This document shows, piece by piece, positions 35,243-49,150 of a DNA stretch of 64,000 nucleotides. Origin of the DNA: Basidiobolus meristosporus CBS 931.73 (Eukaryota > Fungi > Basidiobolomycota); the NCBI GenBank assembly GCA_002104905.1, contig MCFE01000213.1, positions 62,001-126,000 of the forward strand. Direction: 5' to 3'. The notes beneath the pieces were generated by a model. That model searched no databases, had not been told where the DNA came from, and was given only the letters and a program-made list of their open reading frames with translations. Made by a program: the position numbers and the translations under genes. The stretch's first letter is position 1, and every line of letters begins with the position of its first letter.

Positions 35243-37810
35243 TGTTACCAGTCTTGGTAAAAGAGCTGTAGAGGAATAGGGAGTTTAGCTAGTATTGTGT
35301 TCATTAAAACTTGAACTGATTTTTATTGAGGTTACAGCAGCTGCTTATATACATTTAGCAGATCAATTGTTGACTAATTGCATTTCTCAATGTAGGTTGT
35401 GGCTGATGACTCATTTGATTGCATCATCATCACCCAATAAGATGCTACTTAATATATCTATTTCTGTCTGATGAGGATTTGCTTATTCATTTGCTGACTA
35501 ACACTACTTATCTGATAGCTAACTCTGATATAATGATAGGCTAAGCATATAACTAATTGATTTGACTAAAAACCAAACTGACTTGAACATTCAAGTGGTG
35601 GATCATAACATTCTCCCCTACTGAAGTTGAGAGGGTTCTCCTGAACTTCTTTTCATGTGATATCAATATCTTGATGGCTCAGTATTGTTGGCAAGTCTTG
35701 CAAGCCTAAGTCTGTCTCTATGAACTAAATCTTCCTGGATATTCCCTAGTTTGTTCACTAGTTGGTAAGTTGCAAATAGAAAATCTCTGATGATCTTAAA
35801 AGGCCCTGTCCATTGTGGCTCAAACTTCTTCCAAGTATAGTTTCTCAGCAATACAAAGTTCCCAACTGGCAATGATTCTGGTGATACAGTCTTATCACAT
35901 CTCTGCTTCATCTTTTCTGCACTTTGAGATACTTTGGCCTGTGCCTCTTGACTTCTTTGTTCCAGCTGCTGGTGTCTGCTTGACTGACTGAGTTCATCTT
36001 CTAAGGCACCTGTAAGCTTTGGTTGTGTGAGATCTCCTGGAATCCTTGTCTCCCATCCATACACTGAGTAAAATGGCAATTATTGGGTAGTGTTGTGTAC
36101 TCTAACTCTGCATGCAAAAAGTTCTTGGTTGATATACTCATCCCATCTACTGACTGCTCCATTTGCTTACTTGGTCAGCAGTTTTCCAAATAATTCATTA
36201 AATTGCTGGGTGACTCCATTAGTTCTAGGGTGATATGCTGAGGTTTTCAAGTATCTAATGTGCTGCATTTCCAGGTAAACTTTTAATGCCTTTGCCATAA
36301 AGTTTGCTCCACTATTGGATAGAATCTCTACAGGGCATCCAAGCTTGATAAGGATCTCATGGTAGATGAAACTTGCAACTTCTTGCTCACTGGCTACAGG
36401 TACTGCTTTAACCACTGGCCTTTTGCTTGCACAGTCAATTGCTATTAGGAACCAACGGTTGAATTTCCTGGTAGTTGGCAGTCTCCTAATGGAGTCAATT
36501 CTCCATCATTTAAATGGTCTTCCAGGCTCCAAGGGAAAGACTTCAGCAATTATCTGTGGTTGGCCTTAGTTGATTTGGCAATTTGGGCATGTTTTCACTA
36601 GCTGCTCAATGTCTTGTTTCATTTTGGACCATCATGCTCTGGCTCTCACAAGGCTGTAGGTTCCTTCAACTCCAAGATGTCCATATCCATTGTGTAGCTT
36701 ATGTATTAAATCCAGGTAAGCAACATAAGGGCAATAGGCTATAGGGCTTCCATCAACAATTTGGTAGAGTGTCTCATCCTGTACCACAAAATTGCTGGCT
36801 TCATCCCAGATTATCATTGTGATCTCATCATCCACTGCATTAGGAGCAGCTTGGTACTCCAAGTACTTTGGTAATAGGTTAGACCAATCTGATTCATGCC
36901 CCAAGTTGAGTTGTGCAACTTGTTCTAATCTTGGTAAGGCATCAGCAACCTTGTTATTTTTACCAGGGCAGTATACAATCTCCAATTCAAATTGCTGAAT
37001 GTATTCACTCCGTTTTATCATTCTTCTACAGAGTTCCTTCTGAGTAAATATATACTTGAGGGATGCATGATCAGTCTCAGTAGAGTAGAGGAATCCTTGT
37101 GTAATACTGCCATGAGCAACATCTGGGTGCCTTTTATAAGTGCTCTAAAGAACTGTGTCTTGCTAAGGTCACTTGTTGCACACATACTGGAATTGACCAA
37201 GTTGCAGCATGCAGGTAACAGCTCATAGGTCTTGTCCTTCTGGATCTGAGTAGCATGGGTTCTCCAGTTGACTGATAGATTACAACAAAATAGCAGGTTT
37301 GTTCAGGTATAAGGTCAAGCTTGCAGTTCCCAAATACTTAGGCCTGTAGGTCTTCTTCATAGTCATTGTACTTCATTCTTACTGGCTGAGTACCATGGTT
37401 GATTATGTGAGAGTTCCCATCAGCTCTTGAGACTAAAGTAGATTTGGTGAGTTTTGAGTTGATTCCAGTTTTCAAAGCAAATTGCTCTGACATGTACTCA
37501 TGCAATGCTCCTGATTCAATCATAATCTTGGCAGGTACTCCATGCGTTACTCCATTCAAATATAATAGCTCTCCTGAGTTGGAGGTTATCTGGGATAGGT
37601 ATTCTTCTATCACTTGGAAGTTGAGTTCTGAGTCTTCCTCATGTTCATCCTCCAAGTGACTATGCTCAAGGGCTTCAATACAGTTGAAGGTTCTTGATGG
37701 CTGGTGTCCATTTTTCTATGGGGGCAGTACTTTGCAATATGTCCCTGCTGAATACAATTGAAGCAAAGTCCTTTCTTCTTACATTCTTCTGAGGTAGGAT
37801 AATCTGAATT
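35243..37810 (-). mobile_element. Gypsy-B deletion derivative: gag knuckle, PR, RH end, INT, 3' LTR (35243-35610); RT missing
   Basis: CFNCIQQGHIAKYC; LYLNGVTHGVPAKIMIESGA; EIVYCPGKNNKVADAL; LHNGYGHLG; AYHPRTNG; QWTGPFKI. Confidence 0.85.
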
Positions 37811-40800
37811 AAAGCCTAAGTCTTCGAGTAATTACCGCAGCCATAGAGCCTCCTTAGTTGTTTTGCAAGCATCCATATATTCAGCTTCAGTTGTAGCTAG
37901 AGTCACAGTTGGTTGTTTCTGGCCATTCCAAGTAATTGCTGCACCAGCATAAGGAAATGCATACCCAGTGATAGTGCATCTGTCAATCAGATCTCTACCC
38001 CAATCTGAATAAGTATAACCATGATATTCTGGCCTATTAGCGGCTTCAGAGTATTTCAGTATCCTATTCATGGTACCTTGTTGATATCTAAAAATCTGCT
38101 TAACTGCTGTAATTTGATCTGATCCATAATAAGGCATGATTTGACTGACTATTCTAGCTGTTACTGCAATGTCAGGACCTGTAAACACTATTGAGAATAT
38201 GAGGCTTCCAACTATAGATTGATGCAAGAAGTTTTGGTTCATATTTGATCCATTTTCTCATAAGATTGCCTGAGATTGGCTGAACTTTACACTATTGCCC
38301 ATAGGGGTAGCTGCAGGCTTGCAATACTCCATTGTGAAGTGTCTAAGAATGTCCCTGATGTGCTTAGACTGACTCTGCACAATATTCTGCGTAGTTATGT
38401 CAAATTCTCCAACAGTTCCAAGAATGTAGCTAAATTTTCCAAGATTTTTCATCTCAATCTTGCTGAAGAGATCTGATTTTGGCTGTTTAAGTGCCTCCTG
38501 GTCACTTGTGGCTATTATTATGTTGTTCACAGGAAGAACTAGGATGATCACACCCTTTTTGAGCTGTTTCACATACATACTATGATCTGCAGTGCAACAA
38601 ATGCACCTAAGTTAAGCCCATACAACAACTTCCAGATTGTGCCCACCAAATGGTGGCCTTTTGGATTGATCAGACCTTCTGGTAGCTCCATATATATAGT
38701 CTTGTGCCAATCCCCATTTCAAAAGGCTATTTTGCCATCCATTTGGTGTAGATCTAGACTGTGCTCAGCTGCCAGGGCTATAACTGTCCTAGCAGAGTTA
38801 AACCTGGCAACCAGAGCAAATGTTTCCTTAAAGTATAGTCCCTAGATTTGGGAATAGCCTTTAGTCATCAATCTAGCCTTGTATTTATCAACATTACCAT
38901 TTGAGGTTGTGTTGATCTTGTAGACCCATGTAAATGCTATTGACTTTCTCCCATTTGGTGAATCAACCAGTTCTCATGTTTTTGCTTTGATCAGTGATTG
39001 GAACTCCTCCTGCATGACTTTTTGCCACATAGTAGTATTGAACTTTGCATTACCTGTTCCAGATTCTGAAGTTTGACACAAAAGGCAAGCTAGGCTTCTA
39101 CATGATCATTAGATGTCTGCCAAAAGGATCCAGGGACACTTCTTATTGTGGTAGATCTCCTAGCTGGGATAATTAGTTCCAATCTGGAGCTGGTAGAATT
39201 ATCTTCCATATCTGGCTGAGTTTGGTACACATCTTCTTCATTAGTGGTGATTGCATCATCAGGCAGCTAGCCAATGATTTCTGTGGCTTTCTGATCTAAA
39301 TTCTCCTCAAATACAATGTCTCTGCTCTTGATCAGCTTCTGAATTCCACCATCATACACTCTATACCCTTTTGAATCATTGCAATACCCAAGAAAAATCC
39401 CTTTTCTACTGTTTGGCTCCAGCTTTGAGTATTTTTTATCAGGGATGTGAGAAAAGACACCAATGTCAAAGATCCTGAGGTGCAGGAGGTCTGGCTTTTT
39501 TGCCTGTATATGCTTCAAAGGGTATTGATTCATGTAGTGCTGTTGTTGGGCAACTATTCTAGATGTACACTGTGGTAGCAACAGATTTAGCCCAGAACTT
39601 GTAGTCAATTGCCCTATCATGTAGCATGGATCTTCCTATCTTTACTATTGTACTTTTGGCACATTTTGCTACTTCATTTGGCGGTGGAGTATGTTAAACA
39701 TTGGTCTGTTGAAGTATACCAGTATATGAGCAGTATTTTGCAAGCCCCTTTGTACATTAATCCCCTTCATTGTCACTTCATGGTACCTTCAATTTACACC
39801 CAGTTTGCGTTTCTGCCATGTTCTTAAAGAGTCTAAACAGCTTTAAAGCCTCATCCTTGGTTTTGAGTAAGTATACACATGTGTATCTTGTCTTGACATC
39901 AATAAGTGTCATAAATTATCTCTTGTCTCTAAAGGACAGTGATCTCATGGGCCCACACAAGTCTGAGTGTACAACTGCCAGAATTTTGATGATGCTGATG
40001 CCTCCTGAACTCCTGAAACATTACCTAGCTTGTTTGCCATATGGACATCCCTTTTAGGCACCCAATTTGATCACAATTGAGTATTTTGGCCCAAAACAAG
40101 CTGATTTTTCACCAATTGACTCATTTTTGGTTCTCCAATGTGTCCTAGCCTCCTATGCCATATCTGCCATATGGTTTCATCAATTTCATCAATGTTGGCA
40201 TACTGAGGCACAATGATCTTGCATTATAACTGGTATATATTGTGATATTTAATTCCCAAAGCTAATTCTTGTCCATTTTCACTCAATATTGAGCAGTTCA
40301 GCTTAGCAACACCAGAATTCAGTTCCTGAACAGCGCTTTACTGACAGAGAGTAGGTTGTTAGCTATTCCAGGTACAAATAGTATGTCAGTCAGTGTTGCC
40401 ATTGTGGCCCCTGAGATATAACTCATATTCAGTAGTATAGAGCCACTGGTGGTAGCTTCCAATGCAGAGTTGTCTCCCAGATAAGCCTTTCTTACAGGTA
40501 TAGTCTTTAAGTTGCAGAACCACTCCTTTATACCACAAATATGCTGTGATGCTCCAGCGTCAATATACCATTCATTACTTTGGTTACTTGCACTCTCTTG
40601 TACAGTTCTAAATAACAGCTCATCAGTAGTTATATGGCTTGCCTGCTCCAGCTTCTGTTTTTTGTCATCTTGTGTCTTCTTGCATTCTCTTGACCAGTGT
40701 CCTGGCTTCTTACATTAGATACAGCAATCATGTTTTCTGTGGTTTTGTTGCTTTCCCTTCATTTTTGTGCACCTTTCTGAGCTGCATAAAGCATTGTCTT

Positions 40801-40823
40801 CCATTCTCACTGCTTGATCATTA
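37811..40823 (-). pseudogene. Copia-F internal region (a second Copia family), no LTRs, decayed
   Basis: Minus-strand remnants CKKPGHWSREC, EWYIDAGASQH, WHRRLGH, HSDLCGPM, KGIFLGYCNDSKGYRVYD, TLATTEAEY, ALWLR. Confidence 0.85.
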
Positions 40824-42445
40824 TGTCTGAGTCTTGGTATAGGAGTAATAGAGGAATGGAGAGTTTAGCTAGTATTGTATTCACTAAAACTTGAACTGAC
40901 TTTTATTGAGGTTCCAGCAGCTCCTCATATACATTTTGCCAGATCAATGCTGACTAATTGTTTTTCCTAATGTAGGCTTTGATTGATGACTGGTTTGATT
41001 GCATCATCATCACCCAATAAGATCCTATGTAATAAATCTATCTCTGTCTGATAAGTATCTGCTGATTTATTTGCTGACTAATGCTACTGACTTGGTAGAT
41101 AACACTGATATACTTACAGACTGAAGATATGACCAATTGATTTGACTATGAACTGATCTAACTTGAACATTCAAGCTGTAAATCATAGCATTCTACCTTA
41201 CTAAGGTTGAGAGGGTTCTCCTTAATCTCCTGTCTTGCAATGCCAATATCTTGATGGTTCAGTGTTATCAGCAAGTCTTGCAAACTTGAGTCTCTCCATA
41301 TGTACCAAGTCTTCCTGGATATTCCCTAGTTTGTGCCCTAGTTGGTAAGTTGCAAATTGACATTCTCTGATGATCTTGAATGGTCCTGTCTGTTGTGGCG
41401 CACACTTCTTCCAAGTAATGTTTCTCAGCAATACAAAGTTCCCAACTGGCAATGATTCTGGTGATACGGTCTTATCAAATCTCTGCATTGTCTTCTCTGC
41501 ATTTTCAAATATTTTGGCCTGTGCCTGTTGACATATTTGTTCCAGCTGCTGGGGTCTACTTGGCTGACTGAGCTCATCTTCCAAGATGTCTGTAAGCTTT
41601 GGTTGTATGAGATCTCCTGGAATCCTTGGTTCACATCCATACACTGAGTATAATGGCAATTGTTGGGTGGTGTTGTATACTCTAACTCTGCATGCCAAGA
41701 GTGCTTGGTCTATATACTCATCCCATCTACCAATAGCTCTATTTGCATACTTGGTCAGTATTGTTCCAAATAATCCATTAAACCGCTCAGTGACTCCATT
41801 AGCTCTAGGGTAATTTGTTGAGATTTTCAAGTTTGTGATGTGCTGCATTTCCAGGTAAACATCTAATGTCTTTGCTATAGAGTTTGCTCCTCTATTGAAT
41901 AGAATCTCCACAGGGCATCCAAACTTCATAAGTATCTCATGGTAGATTAGACTTGAAACTTCTTGTTCACTGGCTACAGGTACAGCTGTAACACTAAGTA
42001 AGGAGGGTTTTTCAATGTTCAGGAGCATTTTGTAACAGTTTCAGGGTTAGTACACAATAGTTAGTATTAGTGCTAATCTGATCCTGACTATAGGGGAATA
42101 ATCATAAGATCATAGATCTAAAGAAAGTGGTAAAGTTAGAGCTGTGCATTAGTCCCACAGTAACCAAGACTAGTCCAGAAATGTTAAGTTAATTTTTTAG
42201 CTGCAGAATGATACCAAATAGTCCAATATTTCAACACCTAATGTATTAAATCCAGGCAAACAACAAAAGAGCAATAGGCAGTAGGGCTTCCATCAACAAT
42301 TTGGTAGAGTGTATCATCATGTACCACCAATTTGCTGGCTTCATCCCAGATTATCCTCTTGAGTGCTTCATCCACATTATTAGAAATGGCTTGGTCCTCA
42401 AAGTACTTTGGCAATAGGCTACACCAATCTGATTCATGCACCAAG
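40824..42445 (-). mobile_element. Gypsy-B fragment: degenerate 3' LTR (40824-41190), integrase, RH-INT linker
   Basis: ORF 41222-42028 carries AVPVASEQEV...YPRANGVTERFNG...QTGPFKI; 42238-42444 is colinear with 36700-36905. Confidence 0.85.
42031..42236. repeat. Short (206 bp) TG..CA LTR-like repeat of an unidentified family
   Basis: TGTAACA...TTTCAACA ends; second partial copy at 34900; no matching TSD. Confidence 0.45.
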
Positions 42446-43962
42446 TGTCATGATCTACCACTTAAATGTTTATGTTAGATCAGTCCTATGTCAAGTCAAT
42501 TAGTTATATGTTTGGCCTATAAGTAGATCAGTGTTTTCTATTGAATCAGTGGCATTAGTCAGCAAATGAATCATCAGATCCTTATCATACGGAAATAAAA
42601 GTATTACATAGGAGCTTTTTGGGTGGCAATAATGCAATAAAATCAGTCATCATCCACAGCCTACATTAGGAAAAACAATTAGTCAGCAATTGATCTGGCA
42701 AAATGTAAATAAGGAGCTGCTGGAACCTCAATACAAATCAGTTCAAGTTTTAGTGAATTCAACACTGGCTAAACTATCTATTCCTCTACAATTCTTATAC
42801 CAAGACTTGTAACATTAGTAGCAGCAATATCCAGAAACCTCCGTCCTATAGAAATAACAACCCTCTCTCAAGATGTCCAAAGATCAAGAATGGAAAAATG
42901 CTATGCTGCAAGTCCTGGCCCAGTAGCACAGTTACTCCAGATCCTTAGTCAGCTGCGACAAGAAATAACTGCAATGGCCCAAAGCCAGCAAAACCCTGTC
43001 AAGGGCAACTTTGGTGTGACAGCCAACTACACTATGGCAGAGTCAATGAAAACCTGTGAACTTTGCTCTTCCAAGCTGAAGTAGCTTTCAAGCCTAAGGG
43101 AATTGCACCAGAAAGCAGGCCACATTATGCAGACTCTTACCTGGAAGATGCAGCTTTACAGTAGTACCACAGCAAGATCAGGTCAGCCACCATGATGGGA
43201 TGCTCTTCAGTCTCAACCTGGGATGTGTTTGTGTTGGAAATTCAGGATGCAACTGAGTCCCACACCAACAAACACTAGTAACAAGAGAATTGAAGACACT
43301 CAGACAGAAAGGATGGTCCAAGAATATGTCTATGATTCTAGATGTCTATTTAGACAATTTAAAGAATGGACCCTCTGGATCAAGTTGAATACTTGATTGC
43401 TGGGTCAAAAGAAAGAACTTGTAAAGAAGTGGATTTTTGAAGACCTCAGACTATTGAAGAAGCCATCAAGATTCCCATTGACTATAGCTCAGCTATGTTT
43501 GGAGTTGGGAAACCCATAATAACTAATACAAGAGGCTACAATCACCATGAAAGAAGACAATCAGAAGCAGTGCCAATGGAAATAGATGCTATGCAGAAGA
43601 ACTCTACCTCAGAAGAACCTAAGAAGAAAGGACTTTGCTTCAGCTGCCACCAGCAGGGACATATTATCCCATGAAAAACTATTAAGATGATTACATCAAA
43701 AGGCCTTCACTAATTTAAAACCCTGTGACTAAGAGGTACTGATCCTGTCAGGACATGGTCCAGAGACTGTTGAAAAATAATTGCTCCCCAAATTTTACAA
43801 AAAATTGGTCAAAATTTTCATCACAACAATAAATAAATGGCTTTTGATTGCTTACCTTCCAATTTGCTCACTTTCTGATCCCAGACACTCTATTGCCTCT
43901 TTTTCACACTCCTTACTTCCTGACTGAACTGTTTCTCTGACTTGTCATGCATACAAATTGAT

Positions 43963-46146
43963 TTATTTCTGTTGAAACTTCAGTTGTACCTCAATTGTCA
44001 ATTTTGTTGACCTATAGAAGTCTCCATACTCTACACTAGCATTAAACCCAACCTTGCACTTAAAAGGTAACTCCATTAAAATCCACCCCTCAGTAAATAT
44101 TTCAGCTGTGGCGCTCTGATTCCACAACTTTGGCAAGAACCCTTCAAATTTGTGCCACTGCTCATTCACTGGTTCCCACACGTCCTGGTCTTCAGCTGGC
44201 ACTGCAAGGTCTAGCTCCTCATCTGCCAGTCTATGCAATTGATTCTTGCAATATTTCTGTCTGTTTCATTGAGCACTGGTCTTGAAGAAGTACTGCAACC
44301 TCTTGGTGTGCCTATTAATGTTCCAAAACTCCACTGAAGGCATTGTGATAGTCTTTTGAGCTCTTGATCTAATAGCTTTGTCTGTCAGTGGGATCTCCAC
44401 TCTGTTAACAATGGAGGCTGTTGAGGCTGTGGTAGACAAATTGCCTTTTTCAGTAAACTCATCTACCTTGGTGGAGCATTTCTCAACTGGCTGTGCTTCC
44501 AACTCTTGTGAAAACAGCTGCGTTCTTATTGGTAATTCTTCTTGGCTATGTTGGATTCAGTCTGTTCCTGGCTTACGGCATTAATTGGCAAGAACAGCAG
44601 TATTTTTTGCATGCCTCCCTGTCCCAGGCCTGGGTAGACATTTTTCCCTTTACCTTCTCCTTTATCACTGCCAGGTCTTTCACTGCTACTTTGTCTAGGT
44701 GCTTCTTGTAATGAAATATGTTTTCTCCTGGATAAATTCTGCTCTGATGCATCTGTTTTGGCCTGCTTGTCCCTTGCTGGCACTCTTCTGGCAACCTGAT
44801 GTTTCTTTTCTGCTTGTTTTGAGATCTCAACTGTGGTTGAGACAGGCTCATGTAAAAGTGGCTGGTTTATCACTGCCAAGTCCTTCCCTGCTACTTTGAC
44901 TGGGTGCTTCTGGAGTGGTACTATGTTTTTCCTTGACAAATGTTGTGCTGTTGCATCCATGTATGCCTGCTTGTCCCTAATTGGCACTCTTCCAGCTACC
45001 TGACATCTCTTTGATACTTGTCTGGAACTTTTGGCCCTGCTTGTAGCAGGTTCTTGAGGAAGCGGCTGGTTTTTAAACATGGTACCCTTGTTCTTCTGCC
45101 TTTGATAGTTTCTGCTATTCATAAGATACTTTCTCAGCATACCAATGTTGGCCCAGAATCTCATTGCCCACTTGAATCCAGGATAATGATCATTGAGTAA
45201 GTCAAGTGCAATCTGCTTGGCCATGAGTTCCTGATGGTCCCATGGTAAGCCAGCCTTAAGATGATGGCATGCTAGACTTCTGATGGCCTCTTGTATATTA
45301 GCCCACTTGTCATTATTGTACTCAACAGCTTCACAGATTTTCACTTTCTTTTGATGTTTAGGCTTTGGTATGAACACCACATTTACTCCCTCCCATGCTG
45401 TGATAGGTTTTTCTGTAGTCTTTATCTTTGGGCACTGTTGTTGTGCTTCAAAGACTGTATAGTGTACCTCTGCTGCTACATTGGGAAATAGCTCAATTTT
45501 TGGCTGTGACATTGAGCCACTTAGGTTCCTTCTTTGCAGTAAAGATACTGCTTTCTCTACCTGGTATATTAATTGTTCTGCGCATATTATCAGTTCATCC
45601 TGTTTCTAGGCTACTTTCTGATTTTTCTGGGCATTGTAGCTATCCTATCAGCCACTGCACCCAATTACTTCATAAATGCTAAGGGATGAGCTGACAGCAT
45701 ACTTGCTAATATGGGTAGTGGCAATGTAGTGACAGCCACTGGCTGGTTGTCAATTGAAGGTACTGCGTTTGCTAAATTCTCATTTACCTCATTAATGCTT
45801 TGGTATGAGCTGACAATATACTTGCTAATATGGGTGATTGTGATGTTATCATGGCCACTTGCTGCTCTTCAACTGAGGGTGCTGTGTTTACTACATTATC
45901 ATCTGCCTGAGCATAATGGTCAGCTTGCGGCTCCGCAGAGGTTGTTGATTGCTGACTTCACTGAGAGCCTGAGGAGTCCACATTATTACATTCAATTGGC
46001 ACACTGTCCACAGGGCCTATTTTGGGTGTAGCCCTGCTTGCTGTACTGAATTTTAAAGCAATCTGTTGTCCAACTGTTCTTCTGTTGCCATCAGTGGTGG
46101 GGCTTAGTTGAGAACCAGACAACTTTGCTTTATTTTTTGGTGGCAT
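43963..46146 (-). pseudogene. CACTA ORF2 (accessory protein, unknown function), copy B
   Basis: Fragments MPPKNKAKLSGSQ..., MSQPKIELFPNV...FKWAMRFWANIGMLRKYLMNSRNYQRQKNK..., MEAQPVEK...VEFWNINRHTKRLQYFFK, and ...WNQSATAEIF...EYGDFYRSTKL; homologous in copies C and E. Confidence 0.75.
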
Positions 46147-46303
46147 ATATAGGGAGTGAGTAAAACAAAGGGGAAATAGTGTTATATACACATGTGTATG
46201 TGGTGCCACAACTTTATTTATAATGCTTACTATAGTGGGTCATGAATGAATCTTACATTCATATAGGTGCAATGTCTCAAATACAAGACTGTCTTAAGTT
46301 CAC

Positions 46304-49150
46304 ATGAGTATTGACCAAAAAGTGATATAATAGTGTTATGTTGTTGAAGTTCAAACTGTTGGCCCCATAGACATGACTACTTTGACTCAACACTGCAAGC
46401 AAAGAGAAAAAAGACCATATGGCTATTGTGACAAGCCGCTCAGCAATGAAGCATGCAGATAGTGTAGGAAGTATTACAGAGATCACAGCCAGTGTTTTGC
46501 CACCCAAGTCATATATGACCATTCATTGGTCACTACTGTACCAACATTATTTTGCTGTCCAGTTGATACTTCCATATTGGCACCTGGCTGTCTTTGTCAC
46601 CTTGCACAAACTGAGTCAGGTGAATTTGTGACGCCCTTAGGCTCACCTCAGCCTTCTGAATATGGCACATAGAGTGATAGCTCTGACAGAGAAGGCTCAC
46701 TAATGGATTCTGAGCCTATCTCCCCTAACAACAGTACCACATGTGAGCCTAGTCAAATCCTTATATGCAATGAGACAACACCCATTGAAACAAATGCCAA
46801 GGATACTTTATGGAGCCAGGTTAGCCTAGTAATCCATCTACTGGCAAATGATGTAATGTTATGGCTAGAGAAGAGGTGTTTTTCCACTAATATCAGTAAT
46901 GGGGACTCTGAGGATTTGTTAGTAATTCTTGCCAATATCATACTGGGATGCAACTTGCCATGTACATGGTACAAGTGGACAACCATTATGCAGCTGGCAA
47001 CATATGATCCAGAGACTGTCCTGATTCCAGCATATGTTAACAGTTGCATGGCATTCACGTCCAAAAATGCTACCATTGCAATGTGTCCAAATTGTCAGGA
47101 ATCCACTACCATTGAGGGGAAACATTGTTGATGTTACAAATACATTCTGGTCCTACCCCATCTGAGGAAGCTCATGCTGTTCAACAAATACTGAAAAGCT
47201 ATACAGTACTGCACTCAGTATCAATCAAGCACAAACAAATCCAATGTATTCAATGGTAAACATTACAAACAGCCAAGCAGCAAGGGCTACTTTGAAGGTA
47301 TGCATGACCATGCCTTTGCTTTAGCACTTGATGGATTCTCATTAAAAAAGTACTCTACCAGCAAATCCGGCTGGCCACTGATTCTCATCAATCTGAATCT
47401 GCCCCCCATCTTATAGTATCTGAGTAATAATCCAATGGTAGTCTCACTGGTATCTAGGCCTAAATCACCATCCAACCTGGATAGCTACCTGTACCCATTG
47501 CCTGATGAATTTTGTATGCTTTATAGTGGGATGATGGTACATGGCCATCATGTAAAAGCATATATTTTATCTGCATTGGAGATACCCCAGCCATCAGCAA
47601 GATAGCCGGTTTTTCAGGGTATAATGGATGGTATTGCTGTCAAATGTGTGGGATCCAGGGGATTAACTCCATAACTCACACACATTTTTATCACCCAAAC
47701 ACCAGCACTAAGAGCATCATCTTTCCACAGAGAGAACATACAGAAGTAAGCATGCAATTGCAGCAAAGTTGGCAAGCTAGAAGTCATTGGCTGGAATATA
47801 GAATCAATTGGAAACCGGAGATACGTAAGATAGAGGGTATCTGTTGGAGCAAAAGCTTTCCACTGGGAGCAATGCATTTACTTTTCAGCAATATCCCTAT
47901 GCTGATGACTAAGTTGTACATGGGACAGTTCAATATAAATAAGCCCTTTGAGATACTGGAGAAATTTGAAAGAATTGGCAAGATATTACATAGTATCTGC
48001 TACCCTAAGTACTTCTCACCAGCTCCAATTAATATTCATACGCATATGCAACAATACAAATGCAAAGAATGGATGAACTGGATATTTATTTATTCAAGTG
48101 GTGTTTTAAAGCCATTCCTACCACAAGTACATTGGAAGCATTGGGAGTTGCATGTGGATATGTAGGAATATTTATCCAGAACTGGATCACCAACGCCAAC
48201 TTGACAAATCTATAGCTGTTGTGCAAGGAGTTTGTGACAGGATTCAAGTGGCTACACTACAAGCATAGAGCTGAATGTCTATATCTCTGCTGCAACTATA
48301 TCCAATCTCTAATCCACCTTGCTTGGTGTATGGAGAATATTGGGCCTTGCTTCACCTTGTGGGAGTTTCCAATGGAGTGGATGTGTGCGTCCATAGGAAG
48401 ACAAGTCAAGTTGCAGATACTACCATTTCCCAGTCTTGTTAAGAATATTACCTTCAAGTCTGGCATGGATATGATGAGTTGGCACATGGAGGATAGCCAG
48501 GGAGAGTTGGAAAATACTGAGTACAGATGTGCACATGGAGACACCTACGCCTATGGCATTAAGAAGCTAAGCAGCCCCAATGCATGGGTGATCAGTAAAG
48601 TAATACAAAGTTGGGTTGGGTGCAACAAGCAACTAATTACTATTAAGAAAACTCTACCAAGGTATGCCGGATTTCTCATGGTCAAAAGCAACCTTCTACA
48701 CCATTCAATACTGAATTCACACAAACAAAAGCCAGAGTGCACCTATAAGGGGGACTAGAATCCAGCAGGGAGAAGGAATATAATGGCTAAATATCAAGAA
48801 GTTCATTGCAGATATTCAAGAGGTATTCATGGTAGAAGTGGCCAAAACCAAGCATATGTTTGCAAGATGTATATGTTACCAGCAGTACAAGGTATATGGT
48901 TACTTTGCAAGTATCAAACTAAAAAGCTGTAAAGTTGAGGTGATAGAAGTATGTCAATTGCAGCAGGTGTGCATGCTTGTAGAGGTTAATAAGCAGGAGT
49001 CCATAATTTTTTTTGATTCAAACTATATTTGGAATACCCAAGTTAGTAATGGGTTAGCAAAAAACAGGGGTGATTTTACAGTGGAATATATGAATTGCAC
49101 AAGGGGAGTTTGAAAAAGGAAATACCATTTGGTAAATTGGTACAGTAGTA
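46304..49150 (+). pseudogene. CACTA transposase (tnp2/Transposase_21-like), copy B
   Basis: N-terminal C-x-Y-C zinc-like motif, YVNSCMAF..CPNC, FALALDGFS, PLGAMHLLFSNI, WEFPMEW and a C-terminal IQEVFMVEV segment; multiple stops. Confidence 0.88.

Noticed and set aside
42441-42455. Same CCAAG flank and TGTCATGATC start as the chromovirus insertion at 7522
   Set aside because: Only two events, and this one has no matching right-hand TSD; insufficient to claim a shared target preference.
43661-43670. TA target-site duplication for the CACTA family
   Set aside because: Plausible for copy B only after assuming a small deletion; other ends have GA, AT and GT flanks, so TSD length is unresolved.
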